A stretch of DNA of 51,611 nucleotides from contig JBDIWC010000030.1 in the NCBI GenBank assembly GCA_039794085.1, positions 1-51,611 on the forward strand. The letters run 5' to 3'. Positions within the stretch are counted from its first letter, which is position 1, and each line of letters opens with the position of its first letter. Below the pieces are notes generated by a model. The model saw nothing but the letters and a program-made list of their open reading frames with translations. It ran no database searches and was not told the DNA's origin. The translations under genes and the position numbers were made by a program. This DNA comes from Gemmatimonadales bacterium (GTDB taxonomy: Bacteria > Gemmatimonadota > Gemmatimonadetes > Gemmatimonadales > GWC2-71-9). This document shows, piece after piece, positions 1 through 8,803 of the stretch.

Positions 1-420
1 TGTGGGGTGGATGGGCCCCCATCCTGCCGAGACCCGCCATCCACGACTGGGAACGTGTCGTGGATACCGTCAACCCTCCGCGTCCTCCGTGCCCTCTGTG
101 GTTCAATCCGGGGTGGGGCGGGGATCACCACGGAGAACACGGAGGTCACAGAGGGTCTCCGTATGATTCCCGTCGCTCCACGCTTGCCACGCCGAGATCA
201 AGAGTTGTTTTGTGGGGTGGATGGGCCCCCATCCTGCCGAGACCCGCCATCCACGACTGGGAACGTGTCGTGGATACCGTCAACCCTCCGCGTCCTCCGT
301 GCCCTCTGTGGTTCAATCCGGGGTGGGGCGGGGATCATCACGGAGAACGCGGAGATCGCAGAGGGTCTCCGCATGATTCCCGTCGCCCCACGCCTCGCGC
401 GCGGAGATCAGGAGCCTTTT
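1..420. repeat. Tandem 210-bp direct repeat (2 copies, start of a degenerate third at 421) with internal inverted 9-mer arrays
   Basis: 1-210 and 211-420 both begin TGTGGGGTGGATGGGCCCCCATCC and are near-identical; each contains CCTCCGCGTCCTCCGTGCCCTCTGTGGT paired with ACCACGGAGAACACGGAGGTCACAGAGG (variant in copy 2). Confidence 0.95.
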
Positions 421-530
421 TGTGGGGGGTGGAGGGGTCCCCGTCAGGCGGATTCTGGAGGTCTCTGGAATCACTCGTGTACGTGTACGTGTACGTGGTA
501 TGAGTACGTGTACGTGGAAACGGGCGTCCT

Positions 531-1325
531 TCAGGACCCGATCCCGCATGACACCAGATCCTCGATCCGCGCCCGGGCCCGGGGCACGATCCCCACCTCG
601 CGCGCCTTGCGCCGGAACTCCGCCCCATGGTCGAGGGGGCGGCCCGTCTCCGCCTGCCACTGGTGCACCATCTCGTGAAGGAGCGTACGCTCCACCGCCT
701 CCCACCCGTGTTGTCTCAGGTGCAACCGGCTGATCACGATCTCGAGGGCCTTCCCCGTGTGCCGCTCCGCGCGCAGTTCTCCGAGCCGGGTGCGCATGAG
801 GGACGAGAGCCGGATCGGGAGGGACGCCAGCGCCCCGTTGAACCGGTCCTGATTCAGTCGGCGGTGCATCTCGGCGAGCCGATCCAGAACGGCACCATCC
901 CCCGGCCGGGATGGCACCGGGCGGCGCGCCGGAGCAACCGGGGGCACATGCTGATGAACCGGGAAGGCCATGAACTGCGCCTCGAGCGCCTCCCGCTCGC
1001 GGCGCCGAAGCCCCGGACGGGCCCACCTCACGATCGCCTGCAGCACCTCATCCGGGGCGTGCCCGTAGCCGAGATGGATCCGGAGTCCCCGGGCCGGATG
1101 AAACCGGAGCACCACGGTCCGGTTGGTGTGCACGATGATCGGACAATCGCGGTGCAGGCCCAGTCGGCGAAGTCGCTCCCCCAGAATCAGGTGGGGGGCC
1201 GCCGGAGGTGGGACGGGGGGCCCGGTCATCGTGGGGGCGTTTTCCGGCGTCGGCGTCGGCTCCGGCGTCGGCTCCGGACAGGGGACCGGATCCTCGCCCC
1301 CGAAGAGGGTGAATTGAACCGTCAC
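531..1325 (-). CDS. SprT-like zinc metalloprotease domain protein
   Basis: TLLHEMVH (HExxH) plus HGAEF motif; GTG start overlaps the upstream stop (GTGA). Confidence 0.85.
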   Translation of the reverse strand: MTVQFTLFGGEDPVPCPEPTPEPTPTPENAPTMTGPPVPPPAAPHLILGERLRRLGLHRDCPIIVHTNRTVVLRFHPARGLRIHLGYGHAPDEVLQAIVRWARPGLRRREREALEAQFMAFPVHQHVPPVAPARRPVPSRPGDGAVLDRLAEMHRRLNQDRFNGALASLPIRLSSLMRTRLGELRAERHTGKALEIVISRLHLRQHGWEAVERTLLHEMVHQWQAETGRPLDHGAEFRRKAREVGIVPRARARIEDLVSCGIGS

Positions 1326-2149
1326 CGCCGAATCCGGGCGAAGCGCGCCTCGTCGCTCGGGCGGAAGGTGCCGGCGTCCCGGTCCCAGCACAGGTGCCGC
1401 ACCGAGATCGAGGTGTCATCGGCGGTGACCAGGTTGAACGCCGACGGCCGCTTGCCGCGGGTCCGGCTCGTGTGAGTGCTCGCGGTGCTCACCACCGTTT
1501 CCCCGTCGATCTGTCCCACCCCCTCCTGGTGATCGTGCCCGCAGAGCACCAGATCGGCCCCGCTCTCCCGAAGCCGACGCTGGGCCTGCCGCCACCGGGC
1601 CAGGCCCATCCGCTGGGAGATCTCGCCGCGCAGGACATTGTGATGGAGCACCACCACACGCAACGCTCCGCTGGACGCCGCCCGGAATCGGTCCCGCACC
1701 CGTGCCACCTCTCCCGCCGGCAGGTGCCCCTTCACCGCCGTGTCCCGCAGGTTCCAGGTCATCGATCCGAACGCCACTCCGTGGGCACTCAACGCCCCGG
1801 CGATCACGGCCCCCGGCACCTCGAGCACGGGCGAGAGATCGTCTCCAAAATATTGCCGGTACTTGGCATGGATCGGCCCCCGGCCGAACAGCCCGAGGGG
1901 ACTCGCCCACCACGCCGCATCGTGATTGCCGGGGATGACCAGGACCGGGGCGTGCGCGCGCATCCGGTCCACGAACGCCAGAGCGCGCTGGTACTCCCCG
2001 TGACGCGCCCGCTGGCTCAGGTCGCCGGAGATGACGATGGCGGTGGGTTCGAGCTCCGGAACCTGCGTCTCGAGCCGGCGCACCTGGTCCAGATCGGAGT
2101 GCACACCGAAGTGCAGATCCGACAGATGCACCAACCGGAGGGAACTCAC
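1322..2149 (-). CDS. Metallophosphoesterase (Icc/CpdA-like)
   Basis: DLH, GDL, GNHD, HH, GHDH motifs; GTGA-coupled start. Confidence 0.9.
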   Translation of the reverse strand: MSSLRLVHLSDLHFGVHSDLDQVRRLETQVPELEPTAIVISGDLSQRARHGEYQRALAFVDRMRAHAPVLVIPGNHDAAWWASPLGLFGRGPIHAKYRQYFGDDLSPVLEVPGAVIAGALSAHGVAFGSMTWNLRDTAVKGHLPAGEVARVRDRFRAASSGALRVVVLHHNVLRGEISQRMGLARWRQAQRRLRESGADLVLCGHDHQEGVGQIDGETVVSTASTHTSRTRGKRPSAFNLVTADDTSISVRHLCWDRDAGTFRPSDEARFARIRR

Positions 2150-3522
2150 CAGGTGACCCTGACGCGATAGGTCAGAACCGCCTCGCCACCGGCCGGCACC
2201 CGCACCCGGAAGCGCGTTTCCGTGGAGCTCAGCTTCTCCGCGGGCACCGAGCTGGAGAGCACCGTCCACTCCCCGCTCCGCCGTTCGAGCACCTCCACCG
2301 TGGCCGCACTGTCCGCCGCGTTGGCCACCGTCACCCGGTAATCGGCGAAGGCACGCGTTCGAGTGCGGGACGTGTCCCGCTCGGTGCGGTAGGCTGTCTG
2401 GATCCGGCGGGCGGTGAGGTCGAACGCCTGACCCGCGCCGAGCCGGAGGTCCTGTCCCGCGGCGGTGTGGCCAAAGGACGATTCGCCAACGAGCTGGGGC
2501 CGTCCCGCGGCATCGGGTTCATAGATCCGGGCCACACCACCGGGGATCGGGAGGTCGCCGAAGGGGGTCCGGCGCGGGCGGCGCAGGACATGGGTGACCA
2601 GGACGGGAGTGATGTCCTCGTCCCCCATCTGAGGGAGAACACCCCGCCAGGACACGGCACCGGCGATGGTGAAGGTCTTTTCCGTGGCGGTGACGGCGGG
2701 ATCGAAGAGCGGGATCGTGGTGGTGACTCCCGGCCGGAGGGTGTGTCGCCCGGCGAGGGAGTAGAGGTGCACGTCCCCCACCGACTCCTCAGTGGTCCCG
2801 GCCTGGCGCTCGCTGAGCGAATTGGCCCCCCTGATCTGGTCCATGACAAACATTTCCCGCGCCACGCGGGTCGGAGCACGCCCGACCTCCCCCGCCAACA
2901 GCTGGAGGTCGGCGCTGTCGGCGGAGAATTGTGCCGACAGGATCGCCGCGACCCCGCTCACCCGGGCGCGACCCCGATCGATCAGAACGGTGTAGGTCGC
3001 GGACCAGTTGGCCCCGCTGGAGAAGAACCCGAGCGGGAGGTCGGACCGGGCCCGGGTGGTGCTCACCCCCAGTTCCATCGTGGGGGCCACCTGAATCACG
3101 TCGGCGGGGTAGACCGGGGTGCCCGGCGCCTGGAAGGTCACCGTTCCATCCGCCAGGCGATAGAGGGCCGGATTCACTCGCAGGATCTCCGCCCGCACCG
3201 TGTCGGCGTTGCCGGGCCGGACGTATCCCCGGTGGAAGAGCATGCTCCGCCCCACCATCCGGCGCAGGGTGTTCTGCTCGTCAGTCGCCGCATCGTAGGA
3301 CACCCGGAGAATCCGCACCGCCGAGTCGAGCGAAAAAACGCTGGCGGGGTCGAGATCGCCGAGCGGAAACCGATGCACCGACTCCCCACGTGGCACGGTT
3401 GCGGGCACGGTCCGGCGCACCAGGACTCGACCATCCTGGAACAGGGTGACGCTGGTCTGGGCGGCGAGCCCGGCCGGCACGAGGAGAGCGAGGACGATGG
3501 CGTGGTACAGATGACGCGACAT
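2146..3522 (-). CDS. DUF4139/DUF4140-like secreted protein
   Basis: Signal peptide ending LAA-QTS, VTLFQDG, WSATY, GDVHLYSL, GESSFGHT, C-terminal VPAGGEAVLTYRV. Confidence 0.75.
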   Translation of the reverse strand: MSRHLYHAIVLALLVPAGLAAQTSVTLFQDGRVLVRRTVPATVPRGESVHRFPLGDLDPASVFSLDSAVRILRVSYDAATDEQNTLRRMVGRSMLFHRGYVRPGNADTVRAEILRVNPALYRLADGTVTFQAPGTPVYPADVIQVAPTMELGVSTTRARSDLPLGFFSSGANWSATYTVLIDRGRARVSGVAAILSAQFSADSADLQLLAGEVGRAPTRVAREMFVMDQIRGANSLSERQAGTTEESVGDVHLYSLAGRHTLRPGVTTTIPLFDPAVTATEKTFTIAGAVSWRGVLPQMGDEDITPVLVTHVLRRPRRTPFGDLPIPGGVARIYEPDAAGRPQLVGESSFGHTAAGQDLRLGAGQAFDLTARRIQTAYRTERDTSRTRTRAFADYRVTVANAADSAATVEVLERRSGEWTVLSSSVPAEKLSSTETRFRVRVPAGGEAVLTYRVRVTW

Positions 3523-3542
3523 GGCATTCCTCCCGAAAAGGG

Positions 3543-3836
3543 TCACTTGGGCAGGAACTCCATCAGGAGACGGGTTGCGATCTGCCGGACCAGGAACCAG
3601 GTGGCCACGACGACCCCCGCACCCCACACCCGGGCGGTCACCGTCACCGGCAGCTCGATGAAGACCCAGACCGCAGTCAGGACTCCCACCACTCCGGAGA
3701 TGCGTCTGGCGATCCGAACTGCACGTTTCCTCCGTCCTTCCCGGCAGGGGGGGCAGTACTCCCCCCAGGCGAGCCCGGGGACGTGCTGCCCGCATTTGGT
3801 GCAGGGAACCTCAGGCAACCCGCCGAGCGACGGCAT
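3543..3836 (-). CDS. Small membrane protein with N-terminal CxxC...CxxC zinc-ribbon-like motif
   Basis: CTKC and CPPC followed by two hydrophobic helices; fills the gap in the operon; start uncertain. Confidence 0.65.
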   Translation of the reverse strand: MPSLGGLPEVPCTKCGQHVPGLAWGEYCPPCREGRRKRAVRIARRISGVVGVLTAVWVFIELPVTVTARVWGAGVVVATWFLVRQIATRLLMEFLPK

Positions 3837-4827
3837 CGCCAAAGTCCGAGGTGGAGGCGGTTCCCCCGAGGTCCCGGGTCCGGATCCCGTCCTCGACGAT
3901 CACCGCGTGGATGGCATCGCGCACCCGGTCGGCGGCCGCCCGTTCCCCGACGTGCTCCAGCATGAGGGCTGCAGCGAGCATCTGCGCCGAAGGGTTGGCG
4001 ATGCCCATGCCCGCGATGTCGGGGGCGCTCCCGTGCACCGCCTCGAAGATGGCGGCATGGGTGCCGATGTTGGCACCGGGCGTGAGGCCGAGCCCTCCGA
4101 CCAGCCCGCTGATCTCATCGCTCAGGATGTCGCCGAAGAGATTGGTCGTGACGATCACGTCGAACTGCTCGGGTTTGAGCACCAGTTGCATCGCGGCGTT
4201 GTCCACGATCAGATCGTTGCTCTCCACCCGGCCCTCGTACTCCGCCGCCACCTGGCGGCCGATCTCCAGAAAGAGCCCGCTCACCATCTTCAGAATGTTG
4301 GCCTTGTGCACGAGGGTGACCTTCTTCCTCCCTTGCCGCACCGCGTAGTCGAACGCCCAGCGGACGATCCGTTCGCACCCCTGGCGGGTCACGATCGCCT
4401 GGCTCACCGCGACCGCGCGCGGGTCTCCCCCGATGGTGATGAAGTTCTCGACCCCCACATAGAGGCCCTCGAGGTTCTCCCGGACCAGCACGATGTCGAT
4501 CCCCTCGAACCGGCTCCCCGGCACGATCGTCCGGGCGGGCCGGAGGTTGACGAACAGCTCGAACTCCTTGCGGAGTGCCACGTTCACCGACCGGAACCCG
4601 GTCCCCACCGGCGTGGTGAGGGGGCCCTTGAGTGCCAGCTTCCGTTCCCGGATGCTGGCCAGGGTCTCCTCGGGGATCGGGGTTCCGGCGGCGTCCACTG
4701 CGGCCATCCCGGCCAACTGGCGGTCCCACTCGAATCCGACCCCCGTGGCCTCCAGTACCTTGACGGTCTCGGCGGTGATTTCGGGTCCAATACCATCGCC
4801 GGGAATCAGGGTCACCTGCAAGGTCAT
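3811..4827 (-). CDS. Isocitrate/isopropylmalate dehydrogenase family (NAD-IDH-like)
   Basis: IPGDGIGPEI, LKGPLTTP, RENLEG, HKANILK, NLFGDILSD, FEAVHGSAPDIAG. Confidence 0.92.
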   Translation of the reverse strand: MTLQVTLIPGDGIGPEITAETVKVLEATGVGFEWDRQLAGMAAVDAAGTPIPEETLASIRERKLALKGPLTTPVGTGFRSVNVALRKEFELFVNLRPARTIVPGSRFEGIDIVLVRENLEGLYVGVENFITIGGDPRAVAVSQAIVTRQGCERIVRWAFDYAVRQGRKKVTLVHKANILKMVSGLFLEIGRQVAAEYEGRVESNDLIVDNAAMQLVLKPEQFDVIVTTNLFGDILSDEISGLVGGLGLTPGANIGTHAAIFEAVHGSAPDIAGMGIANPSAQMLAAALMLEHVGERAAADRVRDAIHAVIVEDGIRTRDLGGTASTSDFGDAVARRVA

Positions 4828-5447
4828 TCGAGCTCCGGTTCGAGGGGGAGGATGGTGGAGAGGGCGATGCGCACCGCCTCGGTGGCGGTATCGCCCACGC
4901 CGGGGGCCGCCGTGCGCCAGACAATGGAGTTGGACCGGACGTCCGCCATGACGGCGGTGAGGGTGGCGCGTATCTGTCCCGTCTCCGTCACGCTGAACGT
5001 GAGCGACGCCGGGACGAAGACGACTCGTCCCCCCGCCACTGCGGCCAGGCTTCGGAGCGAGGATCGGAGCGGATCGGGGATCTTCTTGATCTTGCTGCCC
5101 CGGAGGATGGAGGTTCCCATCCGGTCGGGGTCACCCACCATGGGGGTGTTCCGCCGGGCGATCCGCCGGAGGGTATCGGGAACGATCCAGTTCACTTCGG
5201 GCGCCCGGTCGAGGAGCGCCTCGATGAGGAGTGAATCGGCCCAGCGGCCCCGGGCCACCCGGTCGTCGGGGAGGGTCCCCTCGGGGAGGCCGTCTCCCGC
5301 GACCAGGGTGAAGGGCATGACCGGCACCACCTGCCCCGCCAGCGGGACGGTGAGCAGGGCCGATACGCCGTCCTTCTGGCCCTGGAGCGGGGCGGCGCCG
5401 AGCGCCAGCAAGGCCAGCACCGCCAACCGGATGCGCGTCGTTTTCAT
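4824..5447 (-). CDS. Hypothetical secreted protein
   Basis: Signal peptide MKTTRIRLAVLALLALGAAPLQG; stop overlaps the next start (ATGA). Confidence 0.75.
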   Translation of the reverse strand: MKTTRIRLAVLALLALGAAPLQGQKDGVSALLTVPLAGQVVPVMPFTLVAGDGLPEGTLPDDRVARGRWADSLLIEALLDRAPEVNWIVPDTLRRIARRNTPMVGDPDRMGTSILRGSKIKKIPDPLRSSLRSLAAVAGGRVVFVPASLTFSVTETGQIRATLTAVMADVRSNSIVWRTAAPGVGDTATEAVRIALSTILPLEPELE

Positions 5448-5486
5448 GGGGAAAAAGCTAACCAGCCGGGGGGTGGAAGCCAAACC

Positions 5487-5541
5487 TGACCAATGATCAA
5501 TGACCAATGACCAGTGAACAATGATCAATGACCAGTGATCA
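5487..5541. repeat. Heptamer tandem array (TGACCAA/TGATCAA)n
   Basis: About 8 imperfect 7-bp units. Confidence 0.9.
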
Positions 5542-5583
5542 CGGCAAACATCCCTGGCGCCGAAGCGCACGGTGTGCGCAGAG

Positions 5584-5610
5584 CGTCATTCCGGCGCACG
5601 CCGGAATCCA
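5584..5610. repeat. CGTC-tagged palindromic repeat
   Basis: CGTCATTCCGGCGCACGCCGGAATCCA hairpin. Confidence 0.7.
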
Positions 5611-5685
5611 TGGTCGTTGCCGCTATCCCTTCACCCTTTCAAATTCGACCTTCACACGTCTCAATCGCTCACGCGGGATGAATCC

Positions 5686-5833
5686 CGCGTTCCCCGGGGC
5701 TTTCGCCCCGGGCTCGGCCATGCGGCCGTTCACACGGCCGGGTGGTCGTCCCCGCTCCCGGTGGCGCGTAGGGGCGGTTCGTGAACCGCCCTTCCCACCT
5801 CCCGCGGCCGAGCAAGGGGCGTGAGCCCCGGGG
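5686..5833 (+). repeat. ~150-bp dispersed element containing a GTAG-tagged REP-like palindrome
   Basis: GTAGGGGCGGTTCGTGAACCGCCC at 5768-5791; the whole element recurs inverted at about 37071-37225. Confidence 0.9.
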
Positions 5834-5950
5834 ATCCCATAACCCAAAGTCCGCTGTTCAGATTACCGTGTCGAGCGGAGTGAAAGCTGAACCACTGATG
5901 CAGGGCTGCGATAATCTCCTGGCGCCGCCTCGCAACAGGGGGGCCGGGAC

Positions 5951-6004
5951 CCTTCACACTTCGAACTTCACACTTCACACTTCACACTTCACCCTTCACA
6001 CTTC
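5951..6004. repeat. Heptamer array (CTTCACA/CTTCGAA)n, left boundary of cassette-like unit 1
   Basis: Direct reading. Confidence 0.9.
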
Positions 6005-6015
6005 CTCCCTGCTCC

Positions 6016-6930
6016 CTATCTTTCCGTCCCTACCCGGGTCCAGATCGCGAGCACCCCGCACATATTGTCCGGTGCATTGAATTCCGCAGGGAGCTCCGAT
6101 GTCGACCGGTAGAACTCCAAGGCCGCCATCTGCTGCACCTGCAGGTCATCGAGGTTGGGCGGTTCCCCGATAAACGCCAGCCGTGCCCCATCGAGGTAGA
6201 TGCTCACATAACATGCCAGCGGTGGATCGTACTCCGACTGCCCCCCCTTCAGAGACAGCGATCCGCGGGTATCCAGCAATCCCCGCGGCCGAGGCATGGT
6301 AACTCCGGCACGCCCTCCCCTGGTGGCCAGGTAGGTCTTCCCCCGCCACCGGACCAGTTGGGCCCCGGAAACAGACTGGAGCACGGAGGAGAGCCGCTGG
6401 TGCTCCTTCGTCCTCAGCAGGGAATCGTCCCAGAACTTGCCGCCCACATTGAACTCCCGGCGCCGGGCCCACTCCCGCAGCTTCACAGGCACCTCCGCAG
6501 GGCCCCGGGCCTTCGTTTCCACCTCGGGCAGCACCACCGCTTCCGCTGCGAGCTGCACCTCCAGCACCGTGGTCCCCGTGTCGCCCAGGAAGCTCCGGAA
6601 CAGCACCGCCGGGGCATAGCCCAGCCGCCGGAACACCACCTCGAAGCGTCCGGTCGGGATATTGGAGACGGTGTACTGACCGTTGCTGTCGGTGACGGAT
6701 CGGCGTCCCGCCTCGGAAAGCACAACCTCCACTCCGGCGAGGCCCGCTCCCGTCGTGTCGACCACCTGGCCGCGGAGGGTGTGCTGGGCGTGCAGGGATC
6801 CGGCTCCGGCCCCCACGTGCTGGGCCTGGAGCGGAGCGCCGCCCAGCAGGAGCACAAGGAGAGCTATTGGGCCCGAATGAGTGATCATGCCTCTCGGAAA
6901 CCGCACAGATCCACTTCTGTCAGGCCACAT
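6016..6930 (-). CDS. Carboxypeptidase-regulatory-like domain + TonB-plug-like C-terminal domain (no barrel), paralog 1
   Basis: GAGGTG SD before MWPD; signal-like stretch; LRGQVVD...GLAGVEV...TDSNGQY...RRLGY; CYVSIYLDG...LDDL...ALEFY...P.EF...CGVLAIWTR. Confidence 0.85.
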   Translation of the reverse strand: MWPDRSGSVRFPRGMITHSGPIALLVLLLGGAPLQAQHVGAGAGSLHAQHTLRGQVVDTTGAGLAGVEVVLSEAGRRSVTDSNGQYTVSNIPTGRFEVVFRRLGYAPAVLFRSFLGDTGTTVLEVQLAAEAVVLPEVETKARGPAEVPVKLREWARRREFNVGGKFWDDSLLRTKEHQRLSSVLQSVSGAQLVRWRGKTYLATRGGRAGVTMPRPRGLLDTRGSLSLKGGQSEYDPPLACYVSIYLDGARLAFIGEPPNLDDLQVQQMAALEFYRSTSELPAEFNAPDNMCGVLAIWTRVGTER

Positions 6931-7159
6931 ACAATCACCTCTTCGTTGAGGATCGTACACAAGTGCGGCTACTGCTCCATGATACCCTGTAGGGGGAGGA
7001 CGAACAGCATCACCGGACATCACACAGCCCCCGGTTGGCCCGCGCTGCGGTCAGGAGGCTGGGAGGTCCTCATAAGCAATCTTTCCGTCCGCGTTGGCGG
7101 GGCCCATCCACATCCTCGGACCGACCCCACCTCACGGATCTGAGCAACCAGGGTCCAGA

Positions 7160-7470
7160 GTGTGAAGTTCGAAGGGTGAAGGTGAAGCGTGAAGGCCCCC
7201 GCGAAGCGGCTGGCGAACCTCAAGCCCCCTGTAGGTGCGCCGCGTGCGGCGCACCTCGGAGCAAGGGATTCCGGCACCGCCGTCGGTCCGCCCCAACGGG
7301 TCAATGCACGGAACTGCTCCAGGAGACCGGACGACGGGAAGTTCTCCCGCACCTGTCTCAGATCCCTCGCCTGCGGCTCGGGATGACTCCGTGCGCCATC
7401 GTCACTGGTCCTGCGGGGGCCTTCGCGATGACAGCACCCTCGTCCTTCAGGACCCGTCGCCGCAGGCGCC
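7160..7470 (+). repeat. Inverted heptamer array (TGTGAAG/TTCGAAG) plus ~275-bp conserved element, copy 1
   Basis: Near-identical to 11597-11952; includes GATCCCTCGCCTGCGGCTCGGGATGAC. Confidence 0.92.
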
Positions 7471-7486
7471 CATTCGCGGTTCCCGC

Positions 7487-7696
7487 CTACTGTGGACGGG
7501 GAACGCTTGTCACGGTAACGCCGAGGGTATCGGCGCCTCGCCGGACCTTCACCAGGAAGGTGTCTCCCTCCCGGCGCGGATACTGGAGTGTCGGCAGGAC
7601 GCCCGGCTCGTGTGGGGGTCGACCATTGATGGACAAAATCTGGTCGCCGACGCGCAGCCCTGCCGCCGGCGGACGCGGGCTGTGGAGATCTCGGCC
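7487..7696 (-). pseudogene. PDZ-domain C-terminal fragment
   Basis: Manual translation ...SPRPPAAGLRVGDQILSINGRPPHEPGVLPTLQYPRREGDTFLVKVRRGADTLGVTVTSVPRPQ*; in-frame TGA at 7697-7699 and no proper start. Confidence 0.7.
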
Positions 7697-7820
7697 TCAG
7701 CGGCACCTCGCTCCGTTATGAACTCGGATAGCAGCGGGGTACAGGGCCCGGCATTCGGAGATCTTGGCGCGTGGCCCCAAGCTGGTATGACGCGGGCCGT
7801 TGGCGGGGGCCCCCGACCAT

Positions 7821-7870
7821 CACACGTCGAACTTCACACGTCGAACTTCACACTTCACACTTCGAACTTC
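7821..7870. repeat. Heptamer array (CTTCACA/CTTCGAA)n, left boundary of cassette-like unit 2
   Basis: Abuts the stop codon at 7872. Confidence 0.9.
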
Positions 7871-7871
7871 T

Positions 7872-8687
7872 CTACCGGGTCCAGAGCGAGAGGACCCCGC
7901 ACGTGGAGCTCGTGTTGAACTGGGCCGGCATTTCCGAGGCGGAGGTGAACACCTCGATCGCGGCGAGTTGCTGAATCGGGAAGTTGTCGAGGTCAGGAGG
8001 CGTTGCCTTGGATCCGGATCTCCAGATCATTGCGCCGTCCAGATAGACCGTCATGTAACAGGCGTCCGGCGCTCCGATCGGCTTGGTTCGCTTGGACAAG
8101 CTGATGCTCCGGGTTCCGGTTGCGGCCCCGTACCCGGCCCCGTCGGTGAACCGTACCTGCCGATACCCGATGACACGACGAAGGACTTCCTTGAGCTGGC
8201 GGTGTTCGTTCTCCCGCAGAAACGCGCTGTCAAAGAAGGTGCCTTCCCCCCGTTCCCGCCGTTCCGCCCACGCCCGTAGCTTGGCCGGCACCGGCTCCAA
8301 CCCCCAGGCGGTGACCTCGATGGTGGGAAGCACCACCTCCAGCGGGGCCATCCGAACATCGAGCACCACCGTATCGGCGATCAAGGTGTGCAGCGAGTTG
8401 AGCGGCTGGAACCCGATCTTCCGCATCACGATGCGCCGCGGCCCTCCGGGGATGCCCACGATCCGATAATAGCCCTCGGCGTCGGTCGTGGCGGTCTGTT
8501 TGAGGGCCGGCAGAACGACCTCCACGCCGGGCAGGCCGACGTTCGTGGTGTCGGTCACCCGGCCCTGAAGCACATGCTGGGCCTGGAGCGGAGCGCCTCC
8601 CAACAACAGGAAAAGGAGAGCGATTGGGCCCGAGTGTATGATCATGCCGCTCGGAAACCGCACAGATCCACTTCTACCAAGCCACAT
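7872..8687 (-). CDS. Carboxypeptidase-regulatory-like + plug-like protein, paralog 2
   Basis: AGGAGG SD before MWLG; leader near-identical to paralog 1; CYMTVYLDG...AIEVF...CGVLSLWTR. Confidence 0.85.
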   Translation of the reverse strand: MWLGRSGSVRFPSGMIIHSGPIALLFLLLGGAPLQAQHVLQGRVTDTTNVGLPGVEVVLPALKQTATTDAEGYYRIVGIPGGPRRIVMRKIGFQPLNSLHTLIADTVVLDVRMAPLEVVLPTIEVTAWGLEPVPAKLRAWAERRERGEGTFFDSAFLRENEHRQLKEVLRRVIGYRQVRFTDGAGYGAATGTRSISLSKRTKPIGAPDACYMTVYLDGAMIWRSGSKATPPDLDNFPIQQLAAIEVFTSASEMPAQFNTSSTCGVLSLWTR

Positions 8688-8803
8688 ATCGTTCCCTCCT
8701 CGGGTCCAGGATCTTACACCAACCCACTCTGTGATTCTCCATGTGAGGAGTGAGGCCCAGCCTCGCCGGACATCACACAACGACTCGCGTTCACCTTCGC
8801 ACT

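Noticed and set aside
7..678. 223-aa and overlapping ORFs
   Set aside because: Read-through of the 210-bp (multiple of 3) DNA repeat; no protein motifs.
2467..5496. 1009-aa plus-strand ORF and similar long ORFs (15118-16914, 17416-18996, 44114-46234, 46066-48297)
   Set aside because: Antisense shadows of well-supported genes in high-GC DNA.
7020..7918. Several ~228-aa ORFs
   Set aside because: They run through the duplicated non-coding element; low-complexity translations.
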